Shown: one piece after another, positions 8,396 through 20,429 of the stretch
Numbering within the stretch: position 1 is the stretch's first letter
Layout of the letters: each line of letters opens with the position of its first letter
DNA from: an uncultured Actinomycetes bacterium
Lineage (GTDB): Bacteria; Actinomycetota; Thermoleophilia; UBA2241
Reading direction: 5' to 3'
DNA length: 64,000 nucleotides
Assembly (NCBI GenBank): GCA_963833555.1
Contig: CAWHYB010000004.1
Coordinates: 131,844 to 195,843 of the forward strand
Position numbers and translations under genes: made by a program
The notes under the pieces: model-generated
The model's database searches: none
What the model was told of the DNA's origin: nothing
The model's input: only the letters and a program-made list of their open reading frames with translations

Positions 8396-10903
8396 ATGGC
8401 GACGATCGAAGACAGGATCGACAGGCACCCCCGCAGCGTGAAGCCGCCGCCCGCGGGACGGGCGCGCGCTCCGCAGATCACCCTGACGATCGACGACCAG
8501 CAGGTGATCTGCGACGCGGGCGAGACGATCCTCGAGGCGGCCCAGCGCGTCGGCATCCACATCCCGACGCTGTGCTACGAGCCGCGCCTGCCGGCCTCGC
8601 CGCCTGCCGCGTCTGCATGGTCGAGGTCGAGGGCGCGCGCAAGATGGTGCCGAGCTGCGCCACGCCGCGGCCGACGGCATGGTCGTGCACACCGACACCG
8701 AGCAAGGTGCGCGAGATGCGCCACCTCTACCTCGAGCTGCTGCTCTCCGACCACAACTCGTTCTGCACGCCGCCCTGCCGCGACGCCTGCCCGACGCACA
8801 TCAAGATCCCGCAGTTCCTCGACTACATCGCCCACGGCGACTACAAGAACGGCGTGCGCAAGCTGCGCGAGGACCTGCCGTTCCCGGCCATCCTCGGCCG
8901 CGTCTGCCCGCGGCCCTGCGAGGGCCCGTGCCGCCGCCAGCTGGTCGAGCACCCCATCACCATCTGCTGGCTGCACCGCTTCATGGCCGACCAGTGCACT
9001 CGACGAGGAGCAGACCGGCGAGCTGCTGCTGCCGGTCGAACCCAAGCCCGACACCGGCAAGCGCATCGCCATCGTCGGCGCCGGTCCGGCCGGCCTGGCC
9101 TGCGCCTTCTACGCCCGGCTCGAAGGGCACGCGGTCAAGATCTTCGAGGCCCTGCCGCACGCCGGCGGCATGCTGCGCTACGGCATCCCCAGCTACCGCC
9201 TGCCGCGCGACCTCATCGACAAGGAGATCAACGTGCTCTGGCGCATGGGCGTCGAGCTCCAGTGCGACACGCGCCTCGGCGTCGACTTCCAGCTCGAGGA
9301 CCTCACAGCGCAACTACGACGCCGTGTTCCTCGCTCTCGGCGCCTTCGGTTCCAACGAGATGGGCGTCGACAACGAGGACGCCGACGGCGTCGTCTCGGC
9401 CGTCGACTTCCTCGGCGAGCTCGAGCTCAACGGCGACGTGCACGTCGGCGACAAGGTCACCGTCATCGGCGGCGGCTTCACCGCCATGGACGCCTGCCGC
9501 ACCTCGGTGCGCAACGGCGCCAAAGAGGTCACCTGCCTCTACCGCCGCTCGCGCAAGGAGATGCCGGCCCACCTCACCGAGGTCGACGAGGCCGAGGAAG
9601 AGGGCGTGAAGCTCGAGCTGCTCGTCGCCCCGGTGCGCATCCTCGTCGACGACGACCACAAGGTCACCGGCATCGAGATGCAGCGCATGGAGCTCGGCGA
9701 GCCCGACGCCTCCGGCCGTCGCCGGCCGGTGCCGATCGAGGGCTCCGAGTTCGTCGTCGAGTGCGACCAGGTGATCGCCGCCATCGGCCAGTTCCCGATG
9801 CTCGACGGCACGAGCGAGGAGCAGGGCGTCAAGCGCACGAAGTGGAAGACGATCGACGTCGACGAGTTCACCTTCCAGACCGACGATCCGCGCGTGTTCG
9901 CCGGCGGCGACGTGGTGCTCGGCGCGCAGACCGTGATCCAGGCGGTCGCCCAGGGCAAGAAGGCGGCCTGGAGCATCGACGCCTTCTTGCGCGGCGACGA
10001 CATGCGCGAGGTCTCGCGCGAGCTCGCCGAGCTCCGCGCGACGCCGTTCTTCAAGGCGCCTGAACGCAGAGAGCGATCTCGACCCGGCGATCGCGCGCAT
10101 GGCCGAGATCCCGCCGATGTTCATCGACATGACGACCGACGTCATCGCAGCCCGCGGCCGCCGGCCGAGATGCCCAAGCTCTCGCCCGAGCAGCGCAGCA
10201 CCAACTTCGAGCAGATCGAGCAGGGCTTCTCCGAAGCCGAGGCGCAGCGCGGCGCCGAGCTCTGCCTCGACTGCTACTGCCCGGCGAACGGCAGCTGCGA
10301 CCTGCAGCGCTACGGCATCGAGTACGAGGTCTTCAAGAACCGGTTCCACGGCCAGGCGGCGCACGACTACCCGGCCGACTTCCGCCACGACTTCATCATG
10401 CGCGAGCCCAACCGCTGCATCAACTGCCTGCGCTGCGTGCGCGTCTGTCGCATGGAGGTCGGCGCGAGCTGCTACGACGCCATGGGCCGCGGCTGGGACA
10501 CGATCGTCTCGACGCCCGACAACCTGCCGCTGCAGATGGTCGGCTGCGTCTCGTGCGGCAAGTGCGCCGAGACCTGCCCGACCGGCTCGATCGAGACCAA
10601 TCCGCGCCTGCTCGCCAGCTACGACCTCGACGAGAGCCGCTGCATCTTCTGCGGCGAGTGCGTCGAGGTCTGCCCCTACGACGCGCTCGAGCAGACCGAC
10701 TTCTTCGAGCTCGCCGACTACAGCCGCACGCAGCTGGCCGGCGAGTCGCTGTTCGTGCGCGGGCCGAAGCCCGTCGACGCCCTGCGCGAGACCGTCCCCG
10801 ACCTCGTGCCGCACGTGCGCGACGCGGTCGCGGGCGACGGCTGGCAGTGGTCGCCGCTCAAGGGCGACGGGGCCGGCCTCGACGAGATCGAGGAGGAGTG
10901 TGA
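8396..10903 (+). pseudogene. Fusion protein: NuoG-type 2Fe-2S domain + GltD/NfnB-type FAD/NAD(P)H oxidoreductase + NuoG/HydA-type 4Fe-4S clusters + C-terminal half of NuoI; several frameshifts
   Basis: [187 protein letters not shown]...GCVSCGKCAETCPTGSIE; SYDLDESRCIFCGECVEVCPYDALEQTDFFELADYSRTQL. It ends at a TGATG overlap with nuoJ. Confidence 0.8.
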
Positions 10904-11415
10904 TGCCGCACGGCGACTTCCACCCCGTGCCTTCATCGTCGTCGTCGCTCTGGGTGCTCGTCTGCGGCGTCGGCGTCGTGGCCTTCCGCAACATCGTGCA
11001 CTCGGCGGTGTCGATGGTCTTCTGCTTCCTCGGCGTCGCGGCGGTCTACGTGCTGCTCAACGCGGGGCTGCTGGCCGTCATCCAGATCCTGCTCTACGTC
11101 GGCGCGATCTCTGTGGTCGTCCTCTTCGCCATCATGCTGACCGACCAGCGCCTCGCCGGCCGTGGCTTCTTCTTCAACCGCCAGAGCATCTTCGCGCTGC
11201 CGCTCGCGGTCGCGGTCGCGGTGTTGCTCACCGTCGTTCTCGTGACCTCGAGCATGAGCCCCAACGGATCGGTCTCGCACAACGTCTCGTTGCCCGCCAT
11301 CGCCAGCGGGCTGTTCAACAGGTACGTCTTCCCGTTCGAGCTCGTCTCGTTCGTGCTGCTGGCGGCGATGATCGGCGCCATCGTGCTGGCCCGCAAGAGA
11401 GGACGCGTGCCGTGA
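10903..11415 (+). CDS. nuoJ: NADH-quinone oxidoreductase subunit J
   Basis: The ATG is preceded by GGAGGAG. FRNIVHSAVSMVFCFLGVAAVYVLLNAGLLAVIQILLYVGAISVVVLFAIMLT...FPFELVSFVLLAAMIGAIVLARK. It appears to be in a single frame. Confidence 0.88.
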   Translation: MPHGDFHPVPSSSSSLWVLVCGVGVVAFRNIVHSAVSMVFCFLGVAAVYVLLNAGLLAVIQILLYVGAISVVVLFAIMLTDQRLAGRGFFFNRQSIFALPLAVAVAVLLTVVLVTSSMSPNGSVSHNVSLPAIASGLFNRYVFPFELVSFVLLAAMIGAIVLARKRGRVP

Positions 11416-11722
11416 GCGCCATCGACTGGTATCTGACGCTCGCCACGGGGCTCTTCTCCATCGGCGCCTACGGCGTGCTCGCGCGGCGCAACGTGATCCT
11501 CGATCGTCATGAGCCTCGAGCTCATGCTGAACGCGGTCAACATCGCCCTGGTCGCCTTCTCCAACTTCATGCCGGCGGCCGCGGGGCGGGGCACGTTCTT
11601 CGTGCTCTTCGTCATCACGCTCGCCGCGGCCGAGGTGACGGTCGGTCTCGCCATCGTCATCGCCAACTACCGCAACCGCCGCACGCGTGCAGGCCGACGA
11701 GTTCAACGAGCTCAAGGGGTAG
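11412..11722 (+). pseudogene. nuoK: NADH-quinone oxidoreductase subunit K, frameshifted
   Basis: [29 protein letters not shown] / [18 protein letters not shown]...[30 protein letters not shown] / ..ADEFNELKG* (stop 11720-11722). Confidence 0.88.
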
Positions 11723-13641
11723 GTGGAGCCCGCCGTGAAGACAGTCGTCACGCTCATCCCGCTGCTGCCGCTCGCCGGGTTCGTCATCACGCTGCTGCTC
11801 GGCAAGCGCTTCCTCGGCACGCCGGCCCGACATCGTCTCGCTGGTGATGGTCACCGCGTCGTGGGTGCTCAGCATGTTCGTCTTCGTCCACGTCCTCGGA
11901 CATCGCGACGCAGCCCCTCGACTTCAACCTGTTCACCTGGGTCTCGGCCGGCAGCTTCCACGTCGCAGTGGGGCTACTTCGTCGACACGCTGACGCGCCG
12001 TCATGCTGGTCGTCGTGGGCACGATCGGCATGCTCGTGCACTACTACTCGATCGGCTACATGAAGGGCGACGACGGCTACTACCGCTTCTTCGCCTACCT
12101 CAACCTCTTCATGTTCGCGATGTTCATGCTCATCCTGGCCAACAACTACCTGCTGATGTTCCTCGGCTGGGAGGGCGTCGGTCTCTGCTCGTACCTGCTG
12201 ATCTCGTTCTGGTTCCACAAGAAGAGCGCCTCGCAGGCCGGCAAGAAGGCCTTCCTGGTCAACCGCGTCGGCGACTTCGGCTTCACGCTCGGCATCTTCC
12301 TCATCTTCACCGTCTTCGGCACGCTGCAGTTCAGCGGTGTGTTCGCGAAGGCGGTCGCCGGTGCAGCGGGCGGCACCCTCACCTGCGATCTGCCTGCTGC
12401 TCTTCGTCGGCGCGGTCGGCAAGAGCGCGCAGTTCCCGCTGCACGTCTGGCTGCCCGACGCCATGGAGGGTCCGACGCCGGTCAGCGCCCTGATCCACGC
12501 CGCGACGATGGTCAACGCCGGCGTCTACATGGTGGCGCGCTCGCTACCCGCTCTTCATCCACTCGCACACGGCCATGCTGGTGGTGATGATCATCGGCAC
12601 CTTCACGGCCATCTACGCGGCCTGTATCGCCCTCACGCAGAACGACATCAAGAGGGTGATCGCCTACTCGACGATCTCGTCGCTGGGCTTCATGTTCATG
12701 GCGCTCGGCGCCGGCGCCTGGGCGGCCGGCATCTTCTACCTGTTCGCGCACGGCTTCTTCAAGGGCCTGCTGTTCCTCGCCTCGGGCTCGGTGATCCACG
12801 CCATGTCGGGCGAGCAGGACATGCGCCTGATGGGCGGTCTGCGCAAGAAGCTGCCGCTCACCTTCTGGACGATGCTGGTCGGCGCGCTGGCCAACGCCGG
12901 GCTCTTCCCGTTCGCCGGCTTCTGGGCCAAGGACGAGATCCTGGGCGGCGCCTTCAAGGGCGGCTACTACGTCGTCTGGATCGTCGGCATCGTCACCGCG
13001 TTCGTCACCGCGCTGTTCATGTTCCGCCTGATCTTCCTGACCTTCTACGGCGAGAACCGCGCCTCGCAGGAGGTGCAGCACCACATCCACGAGTCGCCCG
13101 CCGTCATGACGGTGCCGCTCGTCATGCTGGCGATCCCGGCCGCGCTACTCGGTCTCGTCGTCGGCCTGCCGCCCGAGGGCGGCTGGATCCATCGCTTCCT
13201 CGAGCCCGTGTTCTTCAACGTCGAGACCGAGAAGTTCGCCTGGCTCGGCCAGGGCGGCCTGCTCATGCTCGTCTCGCTCGTCGTCGTCGTGGCCGGCATC
13301 TACACGGCCTACGTGACGTACCTGCGGCGGCCGGAGCTGCCTGCCCAGGCCGCCGCACGGGTTCCGTGGGCCTATGAGGCCTCGTTCAACAAGTTCTACA
13401 TGGACGAGTTCTACGACACGGCGGTCATCCGCCCCTTGCTGGCCGTCGCGACCTGGCTGTGGATCGTTCGTCGACACCAAGGTGATCGACGGCGCCGTCA
13501 ACGGCATCGCGACGGCTGTGGGGCCTCTTCGGCCGCACCATGCGGCCGCTGCAGACCGGGCGCGCCCAGAACTACGCGTTCGGCGTTTTCGGCGGTCTCT
13601 TCGTGCTCGTCATCGTTATCCGGTATGTCTGGGGGGCGTAA
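11723..13641 (+). pseudogene. nuoL: NADH-quinone oxidoreductase subunit L, frameshifted
   Basis: [112 protein letters not shown]...[19 protein letters not shown]; ends ..RYVWGA* (13639-13641). Confidence 0.9.
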
Positions 13642-15243
<1,602 letters not shown>

Positions 15244-16776
15244 ATGAACAACTCGCTCCACGTCATCCTGCCGGCGGTCGATCGTCGTCGCCGACGGCCG
15301 TGGTCGTGCTGCTCGTCGACGCGCTTCTGTCGAGCGCGCAAGCGCGCCCTCGCCTGGATCGCTGCCGGCGGCCTCGTGGCCGTCGCCGTGGTCGCCCTCG
15401 CGCAGTGGACCAGCTGGACGGGCGGCGCGGCGCTCTGGCGCGTGTTCTCCGGCGGGCTTGTCTGGAACACGCGCCAGGCCGAGTACGGCTTCAACGGCAT
15501 GGTCGAGCTCGACCAGTACGGCCTGTTCTTCACGGTCCTGTTCTGCGCCATCGGCGTGCTGACGATCATGCTGTCGGACGGCTACCTGTCGCGTCACGGC
15601 GTCAAGCCCGGCGAGTTCTACGCGCTGCTGCTGCTCGTCATCGCCGGCATGATCGGCATGGCGATCTCGACCGACCTGATCGCGCTGCTCGTCTCGTTCG
15701 AGCTCATGTCGCTGCCCACGCTACGTGCTCGCCGGCTTCCTGCGCCGCGACCGGCGCGTCCGGCGAGGCCGCGATCAAGTACTTCATCAACGGCGCCTTC
15801 GCCTCGGCGATGCTGGCCTTCGGCCTGGCGCTGGTCTACGGCGCCACGGGAGCGACCGGGCTACGACCGGCATCCACCGCCGGCCTGGCGCTGCACCGAC
15901 GCGCGAGCGGCGTCCTGATCGTGGCTCTGGTGCTGGTCGTCGACCGGGTTCGGCTTCAAGATCGCCGCCGTGCCGTTCCACGGCTGGGCGCCCGACGTCT
16001 ACGAGGGCGCCCCGACACCCGTCACGGCCTTCATGTCGGTCGGCATCAAGGCCGGGGCCTTCGCGGGCCTGCTGCGCCTCGTGGCGTTCGCGCTGATCCC
16101 GGCCGGCACGACCTGGTCCGACGTGCACTCATCGTCCTCGCGGTGCTCACGATGGTCGTCGGCAACGTGCTCGCCCTGCCGCAGCGCAACCTCAAGCGCA
16201 TGCTCGCCTACTCGAGCATCGCCCACGCCGGCTACCTGCTGCTCGGCCTCATCGCCATCGGCCGCAGCCACGGATCGGCCGGCGCCAGCGCGGTGCTGTT
16301 CTACCTCGCCGCCTACACCTTCATGAACCTCGGCGCGTTCGGCATCCTCGTGCTGCATCCGCAACCGGCGGCGCGTTCGCCTACACGCTCGACGAGCTGG
16401 CCGGGCTCGGGCGGACCATGCCGCTGACCGCGCTCGCCATGACGCTGTTCATGCTGTCGCTCACCGGCATCCCGCCGCTCGCCGGCTTCTGGGGCAAGTT
16501 CTACCTCTTCACGGCGATCGTCGACGCCCACCTCACCTGGCTGGCCGTCGTCGCCGTGCTCATGAGCGCGGTGTCGGCCTTCTACTACCTGCGGGTCGTG
16601 TGGTACCTCTTCTTCCGCGAGGCCGAGGGCGAGGCGCCCGAGCTGCAGGCGGTCGGGCGCCGGCGTCTCGGCCTCGCTGGCGGTGGCCGTGCTCGGCGTG
16701 CTCGCGGTCGGGCGTCTACCCGGCGCCGATCATCGCGGCGGCGCAGGGCGCCGTGCGACTGCTGGTCGGGTCCTAG
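15244..16776 (+). pseudogene. nuoN: NADH-quinone oxidoreductase subunit N, frameshifted
   Basis: MNNSLHVILPAV..; [107 protein letters not shown]; stop 16774-16776. Confidence 0.9.
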
Positions 16777-16833
16777 GCCGACCGGCTCGTGTCGGCCGGC
16801 GCCGCGGGCTTTGCGCCGGGCCGACAGTATCGA

Positions 16834-16872
16834 GCCCGTGCGGGCGACGGCTCCGCCGTCGCCCGCACGGGC
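16834..16872 (+). terminator. Strong stem-loop terminator after nuoN
   Basis: GCCCGTGCGGGCGACGGC, loop tcc, GCCGTCGCCCGCACGGGC; this is an 18-bp perfect stem about 58 nt after the nuoN stop. Confidence 0.6.
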
Positions 16873-16891
16873 ATGAGTTCCGTTCGCGGGG

Positions 16892-16897
16892 TACAAT
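16892..16897 (+). promoter_or_regulatory. Candidate -10 box TACAAT upstream of the YmdB-like gene
   Basis: gggGTACAATaccgcc lies 52 nt upstream of ATG 16950 and directly after the nuoN terminator. Confidence 0.3.
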
Positions 16898-16949
16898 ACC
16901 GCCACCTGCGGGCTGCGGGCGCGTGAGTACGAGGGGGTCAAGCCGCACA

Positions 16950-17731
16950 ATGAGGATCCTCTTCCTGGGCGACGTGTTCGGCCAGCCGGGTCGCGACGCC
17001 GTCGTGCGGGACGCTGCCCGGACTCGTCGACGAGCACGCCGTCGAGCTTCGTGATCGCCAACGGCGAGAACGCCGCGAACGGCGCCGGCATCACCTCGAA
17101 GATCGCCCAGAAGCTGCTCGACGCCGGCGTCGACGTGATCACGACCGGCAATCATGTGTGGCGCCAGCGCGAGGTCTATCCCTTCCTGACGTCGAGCGAC
17201 CGTATCGTGCGACCCGCCAACTTCCCGCGCGTCGAGCCCGGGGCGAGGACTGACCGTGCGCGCCACCGAGGCGGCGAGCAGGTCGCTGTGATCAACCTCA
17301 TGGGGCAGGTCTTCATGGACTCCGGCATCTCGCCGTTTCGCATCGTCGACGCGCTCGTCGACGAGGCCATGACCCTGGCCGAGACGATCGTCGTCGACAT
17401 CCACGCCGAGGCGACCAGCGAGAAGGTGGCCATGGCCCAGTACCTGGACGGTCGCGTCGACGGCCGTCATCGGGCACACACACCCACGTCCAGACCGCCG
17501 ACGAGCGGGTGAGTGCGAAGGGCACGGCGGCCATCACCGACGTCGGCATGTGCGGACCTACGAGCATCGGTGATCGGCGTGCGCAGCGAGATCATCCTGC
17601 GGCGGTTCCTTACCGAGTTGCCGGTGCAGTTCGAGGTCGCCGACGGCGACGTGCGCATCGACGGCGTCCTGGTCGACCAGCGGTGGCCGGTCGGGCGACC
17701 GCGATCGAGACGGATCGAGCTGCGCTGTTGA
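16950..17731 (+). pseudogene. ymdB: YmdB-family metallophosphoesterase (2',3'-cyclic-nucleotide phosphodiesterase-like), frameshifted
   Basis: MRILFLGDVFGQPGRDAV...; IANGENAANGAGITSKIAQKLLDAGVDVITTGNHVWRQREV; VAVINLMGQVFM; VVDIHAEATSEKVAMAQYLDGRV; ITDVGMCGP; VIGVRSEIILRRFLTELPVQFEVA. Confidence 0.8.
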
Positions 17732-17838
17732 TGCCGATGCTAGCCGGAAACAGTGTTGGCGGAGACCCGCACCCGGGTAGGCTGGCGCAATCATCCGCGC
17801 ATGCGGGCGACCCGCCGGACGAGGGGGTCCTGAAGGCT

Positions 17839-19378
17839 ATGGCCGACGGCATCGTGAAGAAGAGGACGTACGTTGCGCCGCCCCAGCAAGGCGGGGTCGG
17901 CGCGGCCGCCCTGTCGATTGACGAGTCGCTCAACCCCAGCGCCGGCGGCATCAGCAACCGGCGCGCCCTCGTCACTCTCGCGGCCGACGTGATCGCGCTC
18001 GCCATCACGATGCTTCTGGCGCTCATCCTGCTGCCTGTGATCCCGCACCTGCCGGTGTTCGGCCGTGCCTTGGCCGACTTCGCCGAGGTCCGTCCGCCGC
18101 TCCTGGCGATCCTGTGCTGATGGTGCCCTGGACGATCAGTGTGATGTACGGCTACGGCTTGTATCGCAGCTCGGCGCGCAACATCAACGGCTGGGTGTTC
18201 TCCGAGGGCCTGCGAGGCCTCACGGCACTGTCGGTCGCCTCGTGGAGCGTCCTGGTCTCATGCTTCTTCTGGCCGGCTCGACCGACGCCCTCGGCTTCAT
18301 AGCGGTGTTCTGGGGCATCTCGGCGGTGCTCGTCCCGGTGACTCGCTCGGCTGGGCGCGCGGCGTTCTGGCAGAGCTCCCGCCTGTCGGAGCGCACGCTC
18401 ATCGTCGGCGCCGGCGCCGTCGGTCATCTTCTGGCCGAGAAGATCGCCAAGCACTCCCGAGTACAACCTCAGGCTCGTCGGCTACCTCGACGATGGTGAG
18501 CCGTTCGGCGTAAGTCGCAGCCGCACTGTGCCCGTCGTGGGCCGCCTCGACGACCTGGACGACGTGATCGACGGCTACGAGGTCACCCGTGTCATCATCG
18601 CCTTCTCGCGGGCCCGTCACCAGCAGATCCTCGACGTCGTGCGCACCTGCGCCGATCACGGGGTGCGCGTCAATATCGTGCCGCGACTGTTCGAGATCCT
18701 TACGTCGCAGACCGCGATGGACGACGTCGAGGGCATCCCTCTGCTCGACGTCGCCCACGTCGAGCTGTCGCGCTTCAACGTGGTCGTCAAGCGGGTGTTC
18801 GACCTGGTGGTCGGCGGCTCGCTCGTCCTCCTCGCCGCGCCGCTCGTTGCGGCTGCTGGCGATCGCCGTCAAGCTCGACTCGCCGGGGCCGGTCTTCTTC
18901 CGGCAGGAGCGCATGGGGCGCGGCGGGCAGGTCTTCCGCATCTTCAAGTTGCGCTCGATGCACGTCGACGCCGAGCGCCTGCGCTACGAGCTCGCCGCGC
19001 GGAACGAGTACTCGGGACCCATGTTCAAGATGAAGCAGCGACCCCGCGCCGACCCGCGTGGGAAGGCTGCATGCGCAAGTGGAGCCTCGACGAGATGCCC
19101 CAGCTCTTCAACGTGCTGCGCGGCGAGATGAGCCTGGTCGGGCCGCGGCCGCTCTGGGTCGACGAGGCGGCGCGCTGCCGGGGCTGGACCAAGAAGCGGC
19201 TCGACATCACCCCCGGCATCACCGGCCTGTGGCAGGTCACCGGGCGCAACGACGTGCCCTTCGACGAGATGGTCAAGCTCGACTACATGTACGTCACGGG
19301 CTGGTAGCTCTCAGCTGGGACATCAAGCTGCTGATCGAGACCGTCCCGGCGGTGGTCGGCCGCCGGGGCGCCTACTGA
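17839..19378 (+). pseudogene. Polyprenyl-phosphate glycosylphosphotransferase (WbaP/EpsL-type priming sugar transferase), frameshifted
   Basis: N-terminal TM region, then TLIVGAGAVGHLLAEKIAKH, YNLRLVGYLDD, RVFDLVVGGSLVLLAAPL, KLDSPGPVFFRQERMGRGGQVFRIFKLRSM, RKWSLDEMPQLFNVLRGEMSLVGPRP, ITPGITGLWQVTGRN and WDIKLLIETVPAVV. Confidence 0.88.
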
Positions 19379-19380
19379 GA

Positions 19381-20429
19381 GTGGGTCAGCTGGGCCCCGG
19401 ACCGGGGCGGCAACGAGAGAGCGGAGGGGGCGTGGCCGACGGGGAGCCGACACGTCGCCGGATCGTCGTGACCGGCGCGGCCGGCTTCGTCGGCTCGCAC
19501 CTGGTCGACCGGCTGCTGGCGGACGGGTGCGAGGTTGTGGGCGTCGATTCGTTCGAAGACTACTACCCGCGTCGCTGGAAGGAGACCAATCTCGAAGCGG
19601 CCCGGTCGTCCGACCGGTTCACGCTGGTCGAAGACAACCTGCTGGCCCTGGCGCTCGGAAGAGGCCGACGGAGGCGGTCCGGACGGTCTCGCCCGGCTCT
19701 TCGAGGGCGCGAACTGCGTCGTGCACCTCGCCGCCCAGGCCGGCGTCCGCTCCAGCTGGGGCAGGAGCTTTCGCATCTACACCGAGAACAACGTGCTCGC
19801 CACGCAGCTCGTCCTCGAGACCTGCCGCGAGCTCGGTCGTGCCCAAGCTGGTCTACGCTTCGTCGTCGTCGGTCTATGGCGACACCGATCAGCTCCCCAT
19901 GCGCGAGGACGCCAACTGCCGGCCGGTGTCGCCGTATGGGGTCACGAAGCTGGCCGGCGAGCAGCTCTGCCGCCTTTACTGGCGCAATCACGGCGTCCCG
20001 GCGGTCTCCCTCCGCTTCTTCACGGTCTACGGTCCACGCCAGCGTCCCGACATGGCCTTCCACATCTTCCTGCGGGCGCTGTTCGAGGGCCGTCCGCTCG
20101 AGATCTACGGCGAGGGCAACCAGACCCGCGACTTCACCTTCGTGAGCGACATCGTCGACGGCATCGTGCTGGCGATGCACGGTCGTGACGGCGCCGTCTA
20201 CAACCTCGGCGGTGGCTCGCGAGTCACCCTGCTCGAGGCCATCGAGACGCTCGAGAGCGCGAGCGGGTGCAGGGCGCAGGTCAAAGGCGAGAGCGTGCAG
20301 GCCGGCGACGTCAAGCACACCTGGGCCGACCTCTCGCTGGCCACCGACGAGCTCGGCTACGCGCCGCAGGTACGACTCGACGAGGGTCTGCGGCGCGAAG
20401 CCGAGTGGCTACGGGAGCTGTCGGTCTGA
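19381..20429 (+). pseudogene. NAD-dependent epimerase/dehydratase (UDP-sugar/uronate 4-epimerase-like SDR), two +1 frameshifts
   Basis: RRIVVTGAAGFVGSHLVDRLLADGCEVVGVDSF; CVVHLAAQAGVRSSW; KLVYASSSSVYGD...VSPYGVTKLAGEQL...LRFFTVYGPRQRPDMA. Confidence 0.85.
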
